Source: an uncultured bacterium
GTDB taxonomy: Bacteria; Verrucomicrobiota; Kiritimatiellia; CAIKKV01; CAITUY01
Assembly (NCBI GenBank): GCA_903895695.1
Contig: CAITUY010000145.1
Span: forward strand, 224 to 64,223
Direction of reading: 5' to 3'
Length of the DNA stretch: 64,000 nucleotides
Shown here piece after piece: positions 10,139-19,447 of this stretch. The notes under the pieces were generated by a model. That model saw nothing but the letters and a program-made list of their open reading frames with translations, did no database searches and was not told where the DNA came from. Both the position numbers and the translations under genes were made by a program. How positions within the stretch are numbered: the first letter of the stretch is position 1; each line of letters opens with the position of its first letter.

Positions 10139-11035
10139 ATGAAAGTGTTCGTTACCGGATCGGAGAGTTTTGTCGGCAGGGAATTGGTCAAGCACTGCCG
10201 TCAGCACGGCGTGGAATTCACGGGGATCGACGTGGTCGCCGGTGAGCACACCCACTCGTGCGACATTCAGTCGCCGGAAGTGGCCGACGTCATCCCTGAA
10301 GGGACTGATGCGATCATCCATCTTGCCGCCATATCGCGCGATCAGGACTGCCGGAGGGACCCTGTGACCGCGTTCAATGTGAACGTCGGCGGAACGCTGA
10401 ATCTGGCCCGGGCGGCCCAGGCCCGAAAGGTGAAGCAGTTCGTGTTTGCGTCCAGCGAGTGGGTCTATGGCGGCGTGGCGCCGGGCGTACTGCAGAAGGA
10501 GGACGACCCGATCGACATCACGCGGATGGCCTCTGAGTATGCGATCACGAAGATCGTCGGGGAGCGGTTGCTGGCGCTGGGGCATCAGCGTGGATTGTGC
10601 CCGGTCACGGCGCTGCGATTCGGTATCATCTACGGGCCGCGTGCGAAGCCCGGGAATTTCCTGGAGGGGTTGTTTAACGAAGTGCGCACGTTGGACACCA
10701 TCGAGGTGAAGGGCTCGCTCGGCTCGGGGCGCCGTTTCGTCCACGTTTCCGATATCGCGGAAGGCATTCTGGCGTCGTTGGGGCAGCAGGGATTCCAGGT
10801 GGTCAACTTGACGGGTGACACGGTCGTCACCATGCGCGACATCATCCAAACGAGTGCCCGGCTGCTGGGGCGGAACCCGCGGGTGATTGAAACGGACCCG
10901 GCCGCGATCAACCTGCGCAACCCCGATAACCGCAGGGCTCGCGAGTTGCTGCATTGGAGCCCGCGGATCGGGCTGGAAGAAGGGCTGGGGACGTTGCGCG
11001 CGTTTCACGCAGAGGGAGGTGAACGCCGTGTTTGA
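10139..11035 (+). CDS. NAD-dependent epimerase/dehydratase (extended SDR)
   Basis: VTGSESFVG, HLAA, ASSEWVYG, YAITK (YxxxK); GGAGA RBS. Confidence 0.85.
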   Translation: MKVFVTGSESFVGRELVKHCRQHGVEFTGIDVVAGEHTHSCDIQSPEVADVIPEGTDAIIHLAAISRDQDCRRDPVTAFNVNVGGTLNLARAAQARKVKQFVFASSEWVYGGVAPGVLQKEDDPIDITRMASEYAITKIVGERLLALGHQRGLCPVTALRFGIIYGPRAKPGNFLEGLFNEVRTLDTIEVKGSLGSGRRFVHVSDIAEGILASLGQQGFQVVNLTGDTVVTMRDIIQTSARLLGRNPRVIETDPAAINLRNPDNRRARELLHWSPRIGLEEGLGTLRAFHAEGGERRV

Positions 11036-11930
11036 TCGACTCGATATTGCCCAACGGCATCTGGCCGTCAAGGTCTTGCAGGTACGCCATTGGCAACACG
11101 TGGTCAATGAGGCCCTCAAGAAGAACGTCTTTCCCGTTCCCGTGCATGTCGCCTTCGGCCACGAGGCGGCTGCCGTGGCGATCGGCGCGATGATGCAGGC
11201 GGAGGACAGCCTCGTGCTCACTCACCGGAACATCGCCTACAATCTGGCGCGGGCGGGCGCCTTGCAGCCCGTGTACGACGAGTACATGCGGTTGCCGAGT
11301 GGCGCGGGTGCGGGGCGGCTTGGATCCATGAACCTTTCGAACCCCGGCCATGGAGTGGTGTACACGTCCAGCATCCTGGGCAATAATTTCGGGGTGGCGT
11401 GCGGTGTCGCATTGGCGAACCGGTTGGCGGGGCGGGCTGGCTTGGTTTCCGTCCTGACGGGCGACGGCGCCATGGAAGAGGGGACGTTCTACGAGAGCGT
11501 GGCGTTGGCGCAGTCGCACGGATTGCGGTGCCTGTTTGTGGTTGAGAACAACAATCACGCTCTGGCGTCAACCATCGATCAACGACGATGCCCCATTGAC
11601 TTGGCGAAGCTTTGCGGGGGTGTGGGGGTTCCGTTCCTGCGGTTGTCGGGAAATGATGTCTTTGCCTATGCATCGGCGTTCGCCGAGGTAAGGAACACGG
11701 TGATGTCAGCCTCGGCACCGGCTTGCGTGGAGATCGACGTGACGACCATGAACCGGCATGCCGGCGCCACGCCCGGGTGGCCTACCGACCCGATGAATGT
11801 CGACTTCCAGCGCGGACTGGTGATCGCGGAGCGGACGATCGATCCGGTATTCGTCCTGAAACAGGTTCTGGCGCCGGCGCTCTACGCGGAACTGGAACGC
11901 GAGGTCCTCATGCACCCCGGGAGCCCCTGA
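11028..11930 (+). CDS. TPP-dependent enzyme, E1 alpha-like subunit
   Basis: VHVAFGHEA, THRN, GDGAMEEG...ENN TPP-binding motif; GGAGG RBS before GTG at 11028. Confidence 0.85.
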   Translation: MFDRLDIAQRHLAVKVLQVRHWQHVVNEALKKNVFPVPVHVAFGHEAAAVAIGAMMQAEDSLVLTHRNIAYNLARAGALQPVYDEYMRLPSGAGAGRLGSMNLSNPGHGVVYTSSILGNNFGVACGVALANRLAGRAGLVSVLTGDGAMEEGTFYESVALAQSHGLRCLFVVENNNHALASTIDQRRCPIDLAKLCGGVGVPFLRLSGNDVFAYASAFAEVRNTVMSASAPACVEIDVTTMNRHAGATPGWPTDPMNVDFQRGLVIAERTIDPVFVLKQVLAPALYAELEREVLMHPGSP

Positions 11931-11931
11931 C

Positions 11932-12873
11932 ATGCCTAATTACATCACAGCCCTCAACCAGAAGATCACGGCGACGGTAGCCGCCACGCCGGGTATCTGC
12001 GTGTTCGGGCAGAACATCAACACGGGAACGTTCATCACCGGTCTCACCAAGAATCTCGCTGTGCCGCCGGACGGCCGGATTATCAACACGCAGAACAGCG
12101 AGAACTCGCTGTGCGGCATGGGGTTCGGAATGATGCTGTCGGGGGCGCGGTGCATCTACTTTGCCAAGCAGCTCGATTTCATGCTGCTGGGGGTGGACCA
12201 CTTCGTCAACACCTACAACTTCATCCGGTGCAGTCGGCCGACGGCGACTCTCGGGAGTTTTTCCATCCTGGCCCTCGTGTGTGACCAGGGTCTGCAGGGG
12301 CCGCAGTCCAGCTTCAACAGTTTCGGGGACTTTTGCTCGATAGCGCGGATCCCTTGTTACTCCGTGACCAACAGCCAGGACGCGGCCCGGATCATCGGGA
12401 CGGAACTGGTCGCGCCGGGGTTTCGCATGATCGGTTTGAGCAGCCGTCTCTTCAAGACGGAGTTTCTGGAGCTTCCGCTGGTACATGCGGCCGGTGACGG
12501 GTCGGTGTTTCAGTACACCGAGGGCGGGGATGCCACGATCGCTTGTTTCAACTTCTCCCTGCCGCACGGCCGTGCGCTGCAGCAGGCGCTGGCGGCCAAG
12601 GGCCGTCAGGCGAGTCTGTTTTCCGTGAACTATGTGCCGCAGCCGGATTGGAGCCCGATCCGCGACAGCGTGGCGAAGACCGGGAAGCTCATCGTATTCG
12701 ACGACAGTAAGAGCGTTCATCTGCCGGCCTATCGTTTGCTTGACGAGGTTGCACAGGCCGGCCGGCCTTTCCGTCGGTGGACCGTGACCCGGGGTGAGGA
12801 CGTGGATTTCGGCATGTCAACCGACGAATTCCGCGTGGATATCGGCGCGCTTGTGAGCCAAGTGCTGGCGTAG
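11932..12873 (+). CDS. TPP-dependent enzyme, E1 beta/transketolase C-terminal-like subunit (divergent)
   Basis: VFGQNI, RIINTQNSENSLCGMGFGMMLSG, GGDATI, KTGKLIVFDD; directly follows the alpha subunit. Confidence 0.75.
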   Translation: MPNYITALNQKITATVAATPGICVFGQNINTGTFITGLTKNLAVPPDGRIINTQNSENSLCGMGFGMMLSGARCIYFAKQLDFMLLGVDHFVNTYNFIRCSRPTATLGSFSILALVCDQGLQGPQSSFNSFGDFCSIARIPCYSVTNSQDAARIIGTELVAPGFRMIGLSSRLFKTEFLELPLVHAAGDGSVFQYTEGGDATIACFNFSLPHGRALQQALAAKGRQASLFSVNYVPQPDWSPIRDSVAKTGKLIVFDDSKSVHLPAYRLLDEVAQAGRPFRRWTVTRGEDVDFGMSTDEFRVDIGALVSQVLA

Positions 12874-12895
12874 CCGGGCCGGGGGCATCTGCGAA

Positions 12896-12985
12896 CCTTG
12901 GCACCCGAACTGTAGCCGCGCACGTTGGGCGCGGAGAGACTGGCGCGTAAGCGGGACAACGCGGTCAACGCCCGCGTCTACAGAA
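12896..12985 (+). repeat. 90-bp dispersed repeat, copy 1 (REP-like GTAG...CTAC doublet)
   Basis: Matches the reverse complement of 37676-37765 with 6 mismatches in 90 nt by manual alignment. Confidence 0.9.
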
Positions 12986-12999
12986 AGAGGCTAGCGAAT

Positions 13000-14727
13000 A
13001 TGATGTCCTTCTTGCTCTGGCTGGACGCAGACCCGAGTCGATACTGGAACGCTGCGTTCGGCGCGCTGATTGCCGTGTTTCTGGTCTCGCTGTTGTCTCT
13101 GGCGGCCCTCTTCTACCCGCAACTGACTCGATCCAGAGTGATCCGCTGGCTTCTCCATCCGCTGGTGTTTTGCGCGCTCGTTGGACTGGCGCTTTTTGCC
13201 TTTCGCTGGCCCGCGTTTTTTTATCCCAGGGACCTCAACCCCGACGAGAGCGCCTTCATCGCCCAGGCCATGAGGTATCAGATCGCCCCTATCCCATGGA
13301 GGGATGTGGATGCAGGCACGAGCGGGCCGCTCAACCAATATAGCTTGCTTTTAGGCCCTTGTTTGGGACTGCCACTCGGGTACCTGTCGGCGCGAATTAT
13401 CGGGGCGCTGTGCGTGGTGGGGATCATCATTGCCACCTACCTCACGCTCCGGCGTTTCTACGCGGATGCCTGGTCGCGACTCGCTGTGTGTCCCCTCCTG
13501 TGTTTCTTTGCGCTGACCATGCATGGCGACCTCGTTCACTATTCCAGTGAGCATGTGCCCATCCTGCTCCTCTCGGTCGCCACCTGCCTGCTGGCTGCGG
13601 CGCTGGGAGGCTCGGAGGTGCGCAGACGCACGTTATTTCTGGCCGGGGTGGTGTTGGGGGCGGCGCCGCTGGCGAAATTGCAGGCTGTGGGGCCGGCCGT
13701 TCCGTTGTTCGCGGCTGGAACGGTCGCCGTAGTCTGGCGGGCCCGCACCTGGCTCAAGGCATTGCAGTCACTCGGCATCTATATTGCCGGGGGAATGGTT
13801 GTTCCGTTCGTCGTCATGGCCATGGTCGCGGCAGGAGGGGCTCTCCCGGATTTCTGGCAATCTTTTGTCGTGGGCAACCTCAACTACTCACACCCGAACC
13901 CGATTCCCCTATGGTGGTTCTTCAATTACTCATACATTGTCCAGGACTTCGATTCGTTTCTGAAGGGGATTCTGGCGTTTCTGTTCGCGGGCACGATAAT
14001 CCTTTTCGTTTGCTCCCAGTGGATCAAGGCGCGTTTCAGGCGATTGGCCCTTATCAGCCTGCTGTATCTCTTCGGTTCGGTGTACGCGGTGCTGAAGCCC
14101 GGCGCGACGCCCGGCCACTACCTCCTGTTCGTTGTTCATCCGTTGGCTCTGCTCGCCGGCCTCTTCCTTGCGCACCTGGGTTCTGAACTCAAGGCCGACG
14201 CGTCGCAAACACGCAAGGTCTTGTGGGCCGGATTGCTGGCACTGCTGTACTTCTCCCTTACGACCGGCCTCCAGTTTTCTCGGAGCGAAAGGGCGAAGCA
14301 AGACGAGGCGATGTTCGTTGGGCAGTTGCGTACCTTTCTGTCCGCGCCTCTTACGGAGCAATCCCAAATTGTCCTAAGCGTGGCCAAACCGGGGGATCGC
14401 GCGATGATTTGGGGTGACATGCCCGGCATCTACGTCGAGACGCATCTCCCTCCTGCTACGCGCGACGTCTCGTCTGTCTACGAGATTCTGGATAATCCTT
14501 CGATAGGGTACTATCGGCGGCGTCTTCTTGAGGACATGCTCGCAAGCAAACCGGACCTCTTTGTGGATGCTACGGTTCCCGGCGCATCGTCTTTTCAGGA
14601 TCGCCGTCGTTACGGCCACGAGACCCTCCCGGAACTCAGGAAGATCGTGGACGAATCGTACGTCCTGGTCGCGGAAGACCATCGCAAAACGGGAGAGGGA
14701 ATACGGGTCTACCGTCGGAAGGAGTAG
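13000..14727 (+). CDS. Polytopic membrane glycosyltransferase, GT-C-like
   Basis: LNPDES acidic motif after early TMs, PWRDVD..SGPL, many TM segments, C-terminal soluble domain (KPDLFVD). Confidence 0.65.
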   Translation: MMSFLLWLDADPSRYWNAAFGALIAVFLVSLLSLAALFYPQLTRSRVIRWLLHPLVFCALVGLALFAFRWPAFFYPRDLNPDESAFIAQAMRYQIAPIPWRDVDAGTSGPLNQYSLLLGPCLGLPLGYLSARIIGALCVVGIIIATYLTLRRFYADAWSRLAVCPLLCFFALTMHGDLVHYSSEHVPILLLSVATCLLAAALGGSEVRRRTLFLAGVVLGAAPLAKLQAVGPAVPLFAAGTVAVVWRARTWLKALQSLGIYIAGGMVVPFVVMAMVAAGGALPDFWQSFVVGNLNYSHPNPIPLWWFFNYSYIVQDFDSFLKGILAFLFAGTIILFVCSQWIKARFRRLALISLLYLFGSVYAVLKPGATPGHYLLFVVHPLALLAGLFLAHLGSELKADASQTRKVLWAGLLALLYFSLTTGLQFSRSERAKQDEAMFVGQLRTFLSAPLTEQSQIVLSVAKPGDRAMIWGDMPGIYVETHLPPATRDVSSVYEILDNPSIGYYRRRLLEDMLASKPDLFVDATVPGASSFQDRRRYGHETLPELRKIVDESYVLVAEDHRKTGEGIRVYRRKE

Positions 14728-14748
14728 GGCCGCACGCCGCAGCGGGTC

Positions 14749-15156
14749 CTATGGGCACTCCGTAGCCTTGGTCTGCGGCAATGCCCGGAATACGAGACGC
14801 TTCTGGCAAATGAAGGCCACTATCGCCATGACGCAGGTGGTATAGAAGCCGCCCAGATAGAGGTTCGTGGTCACGAACGTAAAGCACTTGAGCACACCTA
14901 CATTGACAAAATAGAGCACGGCATACAGCGCGATAAATCGTACGACGAGACGATTGTCCCGGTTCTTGAAGACGATTCTGCCGGTCGTGAGGAAATTGAA
15001 GAAGGGGCAGATCAATGTCGCGAGCAGAAGCGCCATGGGGTAGTTGAACCCCAGGTAGATAAACATCGCGTACATGAGATAGCCAAAGCCGGTATTGATC
15101 CCTCCGACCAGCAGGAAGAGGATAAACTGCTTCGTCACTACGTTTCGCCAATCCAT
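14749..15156 (-). CDS. GtrA family lipid-linked sugar flippase
   Basis: 135 aa, 4 TM; QFILFLLVGGINT...NF...IVFK...QKRLVFR pattern. Confidence 0.85.
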   Translation of the reverse strand: MDWRNVVTKQFILFLLVGGINTGFGYLMYAMFIYLGFNYPMALLLATLICPFFNFLTTGRIVFKNRDNRLVVRFIALYAVLYFVNVGVLKCFTFVTTNLYLGGFYTTCVMAIVAFICQKRLVFRALPQTKATECP

Positions 15157-15209
15157 GACAGTGTCGTCTCCTTAAGCCACGCCGTCGGCAACCCAATTCC
15201 GTGTGCCCT

Positions 15210-15749
15210 TTAGACTACCGTCTCGCGTGGCCGCTTGCCCAGAATGATATACCGTACGGCATCCTCGACGAGGATGAAGCTTCGAATGTGTTGCTTGCCA
15301 GGATAGTAGCGACCGTCCTTCAAGATCAACTGTCCGGCACGGACCAGCCGGTCGAGCCGGATGTCGAGCATGTCGCGGGCGCTGTAATGCTGCAGAAGCT
15401 CCGTCAAGGTCAATCCCTTTCCGGCATCCCGCAATTCCAATAGAATGCGCGTACTCACGGACGATACTCCTGACTGGATGATCGCAAAGTATCCGTAGTT
15501 GTAGGCGGCGTAGATCAGCAGATTGGCGAGGGTGAGACCCAAGCCCTCGGTTCGCGAGCCATCGGGCAGCGAAATCAGCATGACCACTTGAGCCGCGACC
15601 ATGCCCATGCCCCCGCACGCGAATCCCGTCAGCCAAGCCATGACATAGCCGACGCGCCTGACCAGATGCGTGCAGATCATCTGCACAGCGAAACAGAGAA
15701 GAAACGCGGCAAACAGCACGGCGAGAAAAGCCAGGTCCCATCCCAACAC
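15210..15749 (-). CDS. Small membrane protein with C-terminal winged-helix-like domain (paralog A)
   Basis: 3 TM then SSVSTRILLEL...GLTLTELLQHY...RLDRLVRAGQLILKDGRY. Confidence 0.6.
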   Translation of the reverse strand: MLGWDLAFLAVLFAAFLLCFAVQMICTHLVRRVGYVMAWLTGFACGGMGMVAAQVVMLISLPDGSRTEGLGLTLANLLIYAAYNYGYFAIIQSGVSSVSTRILLELRDAGKGLTLTELLQHYSARDMLDIRLDRLVRAGQLILKDGRYYPGKQHIRSFILVEDAVRYIILGKRPRETVV

Positions 15750-15753
15750 GGTG

Positions 15754-16263
15754 TCATCCCACCTTTCCAGGGAGCCGGTACAATTGCCGAACGAATGTCG
15801 CCGCCTTCAGCAGTCGGAGCCCGGTCACCCCCAGGACATAGTGGCCATCCTTCACGACAAGGAACCCGGCCGCCTCGAGTTGTTTCAATCGGGGCAAAAT
15901 GAAGTCCTTATCGTTGTAGAAACAAGCCAGGTCGTCGCGCGAAAGCCCGCGAAGTCCACTGCGACCCACTTCCTGGACGGCAATCCGAGCCGGACTGCGG
16001 GTGGTCGCCCCTACGTAGAACAGCAGATAAGGGCCTGCAAACGCCGCGTAGAGCAGTGCAGCGTGGAACATTGTGACGGCGATCTTCGCAGCCACTTCCA
16101 TGCGCAAGTACCAGGCCAGTCCGCCTGCGCCCACCACGAAAGCCGCCCCGAATAGGCCGGCGGTATTGGCCGCCGAGTGCCGCCGTGGGAAGAAACGACA
16201 GAAGACGATGTGCAGTGCGAATGTCGGCAGGAACCACAACAAACTCGACAACAACACGTTCAT
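15754..16263 (-). CDS. Small membrane protein with C-terminal winged-helix-like domain (paralog B)
   Basis: 3 TM then RSPARIAVQEV...GLSRDDLACFY...RLKQLEAAGFLVVKDGHY. Confidence 0.6.
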   Translation of the reverse strand: MNVLLSSLLWFLPTFALHIVFCRFFPRRHSAANTAGLFGAAFVVGAGGLAWYLRMEVAAKIAVTMFHAALLYAAFAGPYLLFYVGATTRSPARIAVQEVGRSGLRGLSRDDLACFYNDKDFILPRLKQLEAAGFLVVKDGHYVLGVTGLRLLKAATFVRQLYRLPGKVG

Positions 16264-16569
16264 TCGTCGGCTCGCAAAGGGTTTTCGACGCTACCTGTCT
16301 GGAATGCCTCAAGACCCGTCCGGGGTTGTTTGCACCCGGTCATTCAATATCACAGCGCGATCCGGCCATCAATGACACATCCGTACGCCGCTCGCGAAGC
16401 GGGCGCCACGGCGCCCAGAGTCCTGGCCCGGCCTGGCACGGCATCACAGTTGCGCCGGCAGGGCCTATCTGTTTTACTGACCTGCATGTCTGACTCAAGC
16501 CAACGTTCCCCTTCGGGGCAGGGCCAGCCGATACTGCGCGCGGCCGCCGCACGCACCGGGCCTGGAACG

Positions 16570-17775
16570 ATGGATCGGGACACCAATGATGCCTGCGAGA
16601 TGGTCAACGCGACGTGCCTGCTCTGTGGCGCCCCGGCTCTGCGTCTGCTCGGAACGGTGGCTAATCGCCGCTTCCGCTTCACGCCCGAGCTTGGCGACCT
16701 GCCGGCTCAGTCGGCCATCTTCGAATGCCCTGCCTGCGGCCATATCCAGAAACGTCACGACGGATCCGACGTCGCCATCATGGAAGCGCTCTACGCGAAC
16801 TACAACGCCGGCAATTTTTCCCCGCGCATCAGCCAGGCCGTGTTTAACCAGGCCGGAGCGATCAATCGCGAACAACACGTGCTGGCACGGTGCGCCGACG
16901 CCCTCGGGACATGCCGTGACCTGCTGGATATTGGCTGCGGGCCGGGCACTTTCCTGAGATGGGCGGGGCTGGCGCTTCCAGGCGCGAACTTGCACGGATT
17001 CGATGTCACGGACATTCACCGCGCTGAGATCATGGAGTTGCCTCACGTGGCGAGCTTCGTCTGCGGCCGCCTGGCCGCGCTTCAGGATCGGCGCTTCGAC
17101 TGCATTGTGTTGTGGCATTCATTGGAACACATGCCCGATCCCCGTCACGATCTGGCGCTTGTGCGGGGCATGCTGCGGGACCACGGGAAGGTGCTGATTC
17201 AGGTACCCGACGTCGAGCAGATGCCGTTCGATCTGGCCATGTTCGAGCACTACTCGCACTTCACGACAGCCACGCTAATCGCTCTCGCCGAGCAGGCAGG
17301 CTTCAGCGTGATTCTCAACGGTAGAGGATGGGTCCATAACTGCATCACGCTGCTCCTGGAAATGACCGGAGACTTGGCAGCGACGCACTTGCGACCGACC
17401 CCAACACGCCCGGCCCGCACGGGGGATGATGGAAGACGACGTGTTGCGTGGCTCAACGCCGCCGGACGGCATCTTACTGATGCAGTGGCGGAGTGGACTG
17501 GTGATTTTGTTATCTTCGGCATCGGAACGGCGGCCGGGTGGCTCCACGGCCAACTGTCCGGAATACCACGGGCTTTCGTTGAGGAGGACCCGTCACGGAT
17601 CGGGATTTTGGTGGATACCATTCCCACAATTTCCGCCGAAGCTATTCTCGATGGTGACCTTGTCATCCTCCCTTTCTGCCCCGAAATCGCCAAGTCCATA
17701 GTTGCGCGGCTGCGCAAGGCACATAAGCGACTTCCCGTAAGCCAGATCGTGTTTCCCTCGCTGCGCTATGACTGA
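16570..17775 (+). CDS. Class I SAM methyltransferase with N-terminal Zn-binding domain (sugar C-methyltransferase-like architecture)
   Basis: CLLCG and CPACGHIQ Cys pairs, LLDIGCGPG, HSLEHM, EHYSHFT, C-terminal IFGIG Rossmann-like segment; start uncertain. Confidence 0.7.
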   Translation: MDRDTNDACEMVNATCLLCGAPALRLLGTVANRRFRFTPELGDLPAQSAIFECPACGHIQKRHDGSDVAIMEALYANYNAGNFSPRISQAVFNQAGAINREQHVLARCADALGTCRDLLDIGCGPGTFLRWAGLALPGANLHGFDVTDIHRAEIMELPHVASFVCGRLAALQDRRFDCIVLWHSLEHMPDPRHDLALVRGMLRDHGKVLIQVPDVEQMPFDLAMFEHYSHFTTATLIALAEQAGFSVILNGRGWVHNCITLLLEMTGDLAATHLRPTPTRPARTGDDGRRRVAWLNAAGRHLTDAVAEWTGDFVIFGIGTAAGWLHGQLSGIPRAFVEEDPSRIGILVDTIPTISAEAILDGDLVILPFCPEIAKSIVARLRKAHKRLPVSQIVFPSLRYD

Positions 17776-17841
17776 CGGAACTGAGCGGCGATTATTGGAT
17801 GAAGTCTCAGCGATGAATGCCAGACAAGGAGATAGTAGCCA

Positions 17842-18531
17842 ATGAGTGACTTTGCAGGCTCAGCATCTTCCGATGACATCAAGCAACGGTATTTGAGCTC
17901 ACTAGGCGAGGATTATGGAGAATTCGTTCTTGGGAAAAACACAACGCGCATCCTGCACGAGGACCCTAAGCTCCTGCTCTTTACGCTCGCCCGATACAAG
18001 TTCGTATCCAAGATGCTGAATGGGTGCGGAGCTGTTCTCGAAGTCGGTTGCCAGGAGGGCTTCGGCGCCATGTTGGTGAGCAAGGTTGTCAAGCGACTCC
18101 ATGCCGTTGATTTCTACGTCCCCTACATAGCCAGTTGCAACCGCCGAATCAGGGCGACCAATATCGTGTTCGAGGCACGCGACATGTTGGACGGTCCGAT
18201 TGATGGTCCGTTTGACGGCGCCTATGCGTTGGATGTTCTTGAACATATCCAGCCTCAGGCCGAGGATCTGTTCATGGGAAACATCGTCCGGTCTATGGGC
18301 ACGTATGGCACCCTCATCCTTGGCATGCCCAGCCGCGAATCCCAATGCTATGCGTCTGAAGCCTCACGGGCAGGGCATGTGAACTGCAAGAGCGGACCGG
18401 AACTGGCTTCCTTTGCAGGCAAGTATTTCTTGAACGTGTTCTCGTTTTCGATGAATGACGAGGTCCTGCACACGGGGTTCTATGCCATGTCGCACTATCT
18501 CTTCGTTGTGTGCAGCAACCGAAGGGAATAG
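17842..18531 (+). CDS. Class I SAM-dependent methyltransferase
   Basis: LARYKFVSKM, VLEVGCQEGFG, LDVLEHI; AGGAG RBS. Confidence 0.85.
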   Translation: MSDFAGSASSDDIKQRYLSSLGEDYGEFVLGKNTTRILHEDPKLLLFTLARYKFVSKMLNGCGAVLEVGCQEGFGAMLVSKVVKRLHAVDFYVPYIASCNRRIRATNIVFEARDMLDGPIDGPFDGAYALDVLEHIQPQAEDLFMGNIVRSMGTYGTLILGMPSRESQCYASEASRAGHVNCKSGPELASFAGKYFLNVFSFSMNDEVLHTGFYAMSHYLFVVCSNRRE

Positions 18532-18593
18532 CGGTGGCGCTCCCGCCCGTCTTTTGGGGCCAGGAAGGGCGCGCATCGCAACACCGTGATGGC

Positions 18594-19331
18594 CTAGGTG
18601 CGCCGCCAGCATCGCCCGTGCAGCTTGTCACGCCAGATACGTCGTGCCATGCTAAGCACGTCGCGAAACGTACGCCAGCAGACCACCTTGCTGCTTCCCC
18701 GTTCCTCGGGGTTTTGCGGAACCGGCACGTTGCGCACGACCATCGGACGACGCAGCAGTCGAAGCAGGATTTCCACTGCGTAGGTGTTCCCGGTTGGCAA
18801 CGGGACGAGCTCTCGGACGCGTTCGACCGGCCAGATGAACATTCCAGTCCAGTCCCTGACGCGGAATCCGAACTGGAGAGAGACGAACAGGCGGAACCCG
18901 ATCGATATCATTTGGCGTGCGAGCGGGCGCCTCAGCCGCGTGCGGTAACCCACCACGAGATCCGCCGACCCAACGGATTCGAATAATTGCTGAAGTCCCT
19001 CGGTGGTGTTGGCACGATCCCCCGCCACCATCGTGAGGTTCGCATAACGCGTTGACAGGATGAAGTCCCGAAACATCGCACCAATGCCTTCCGGCTTGGC
19101 GTGGTGCTCGACACGGATTTCCGGCGCCTCCAACGCCAGTTCGTCCATGATGGCGCCCGTTCGGTCGGTGCTGCCGTCATCCACAAGGATAACCTCGAAC
19201 TCGTCGAGGGTGCGGCGCGCGATCGGGATCAACTCTCGCACGGTCAGCCCGATCAGGCGCTCTTCATTGAGAGCCGGAACAACGATCGTCAACGATCGCG
19301 GCCTCACGCTAGTTGCTTCGGTTGTCGACAT
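18594..19331 (-). CDS. GT2 DPM1-like glycosyltransferase
   Basis: IVVPALNEE, LVDDGSTDRTG, ADLVVGYR. Confidence 0.8.
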   Translation of the reverse strand: MSTTEATSVRPRSLTIVVPALNEERLIGLTVRELIPIARRTLDEFEVILVDDGSTDRTGAIMDELALEAPEIRVEHHAKPEGIGAMFRDFILSTRYANLTMVAGDRANTTEGLQQLFESVGSADLVVGYRTRLRRPLARQMISIGFRLFVSLQFGFRVRDWTGMFIWPVERVRELVPLPTGNTYAVEILLRLLRRPMVVRNVPVPQNPEERGSSKVVCWRTFRDVLSMARRIWRDKLHGRCWRRT

Positions 19332-19447
19332 GCATGCCTTTCCCTGTGCCTTCTGCCAGGCAGGGACCCGCGTTTGCCCGACGGCTTTCTACCAGTGCGT
19401 AGCGCCTGTGAGCAAGGACGAATGCGTTTGGCCGCCCGCCACGGTTG

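Noticed and set aside
11028-12873. Housekeeping pyruvate dehydrogenase pdhAB
   Set aside because: There are no E2/E3 genes, the subunits are divergent, and the pair is embedded in a sugar operon.
12898-12914. Sigma54 promoter (TGGCAC) within the 90-bp repeat
   Set aside because: The -12 element reads CTGT rather than TTGC in both copies, so support is insufficient.
16177-16569. Long N-terminal extensions given by the ORF track (also 31138-31632, 10887-11027 and 61077-61355)
   Set aside because: They overlap neighbouring genes or promoter regions; the family motifs begin at the downstream starts used here.
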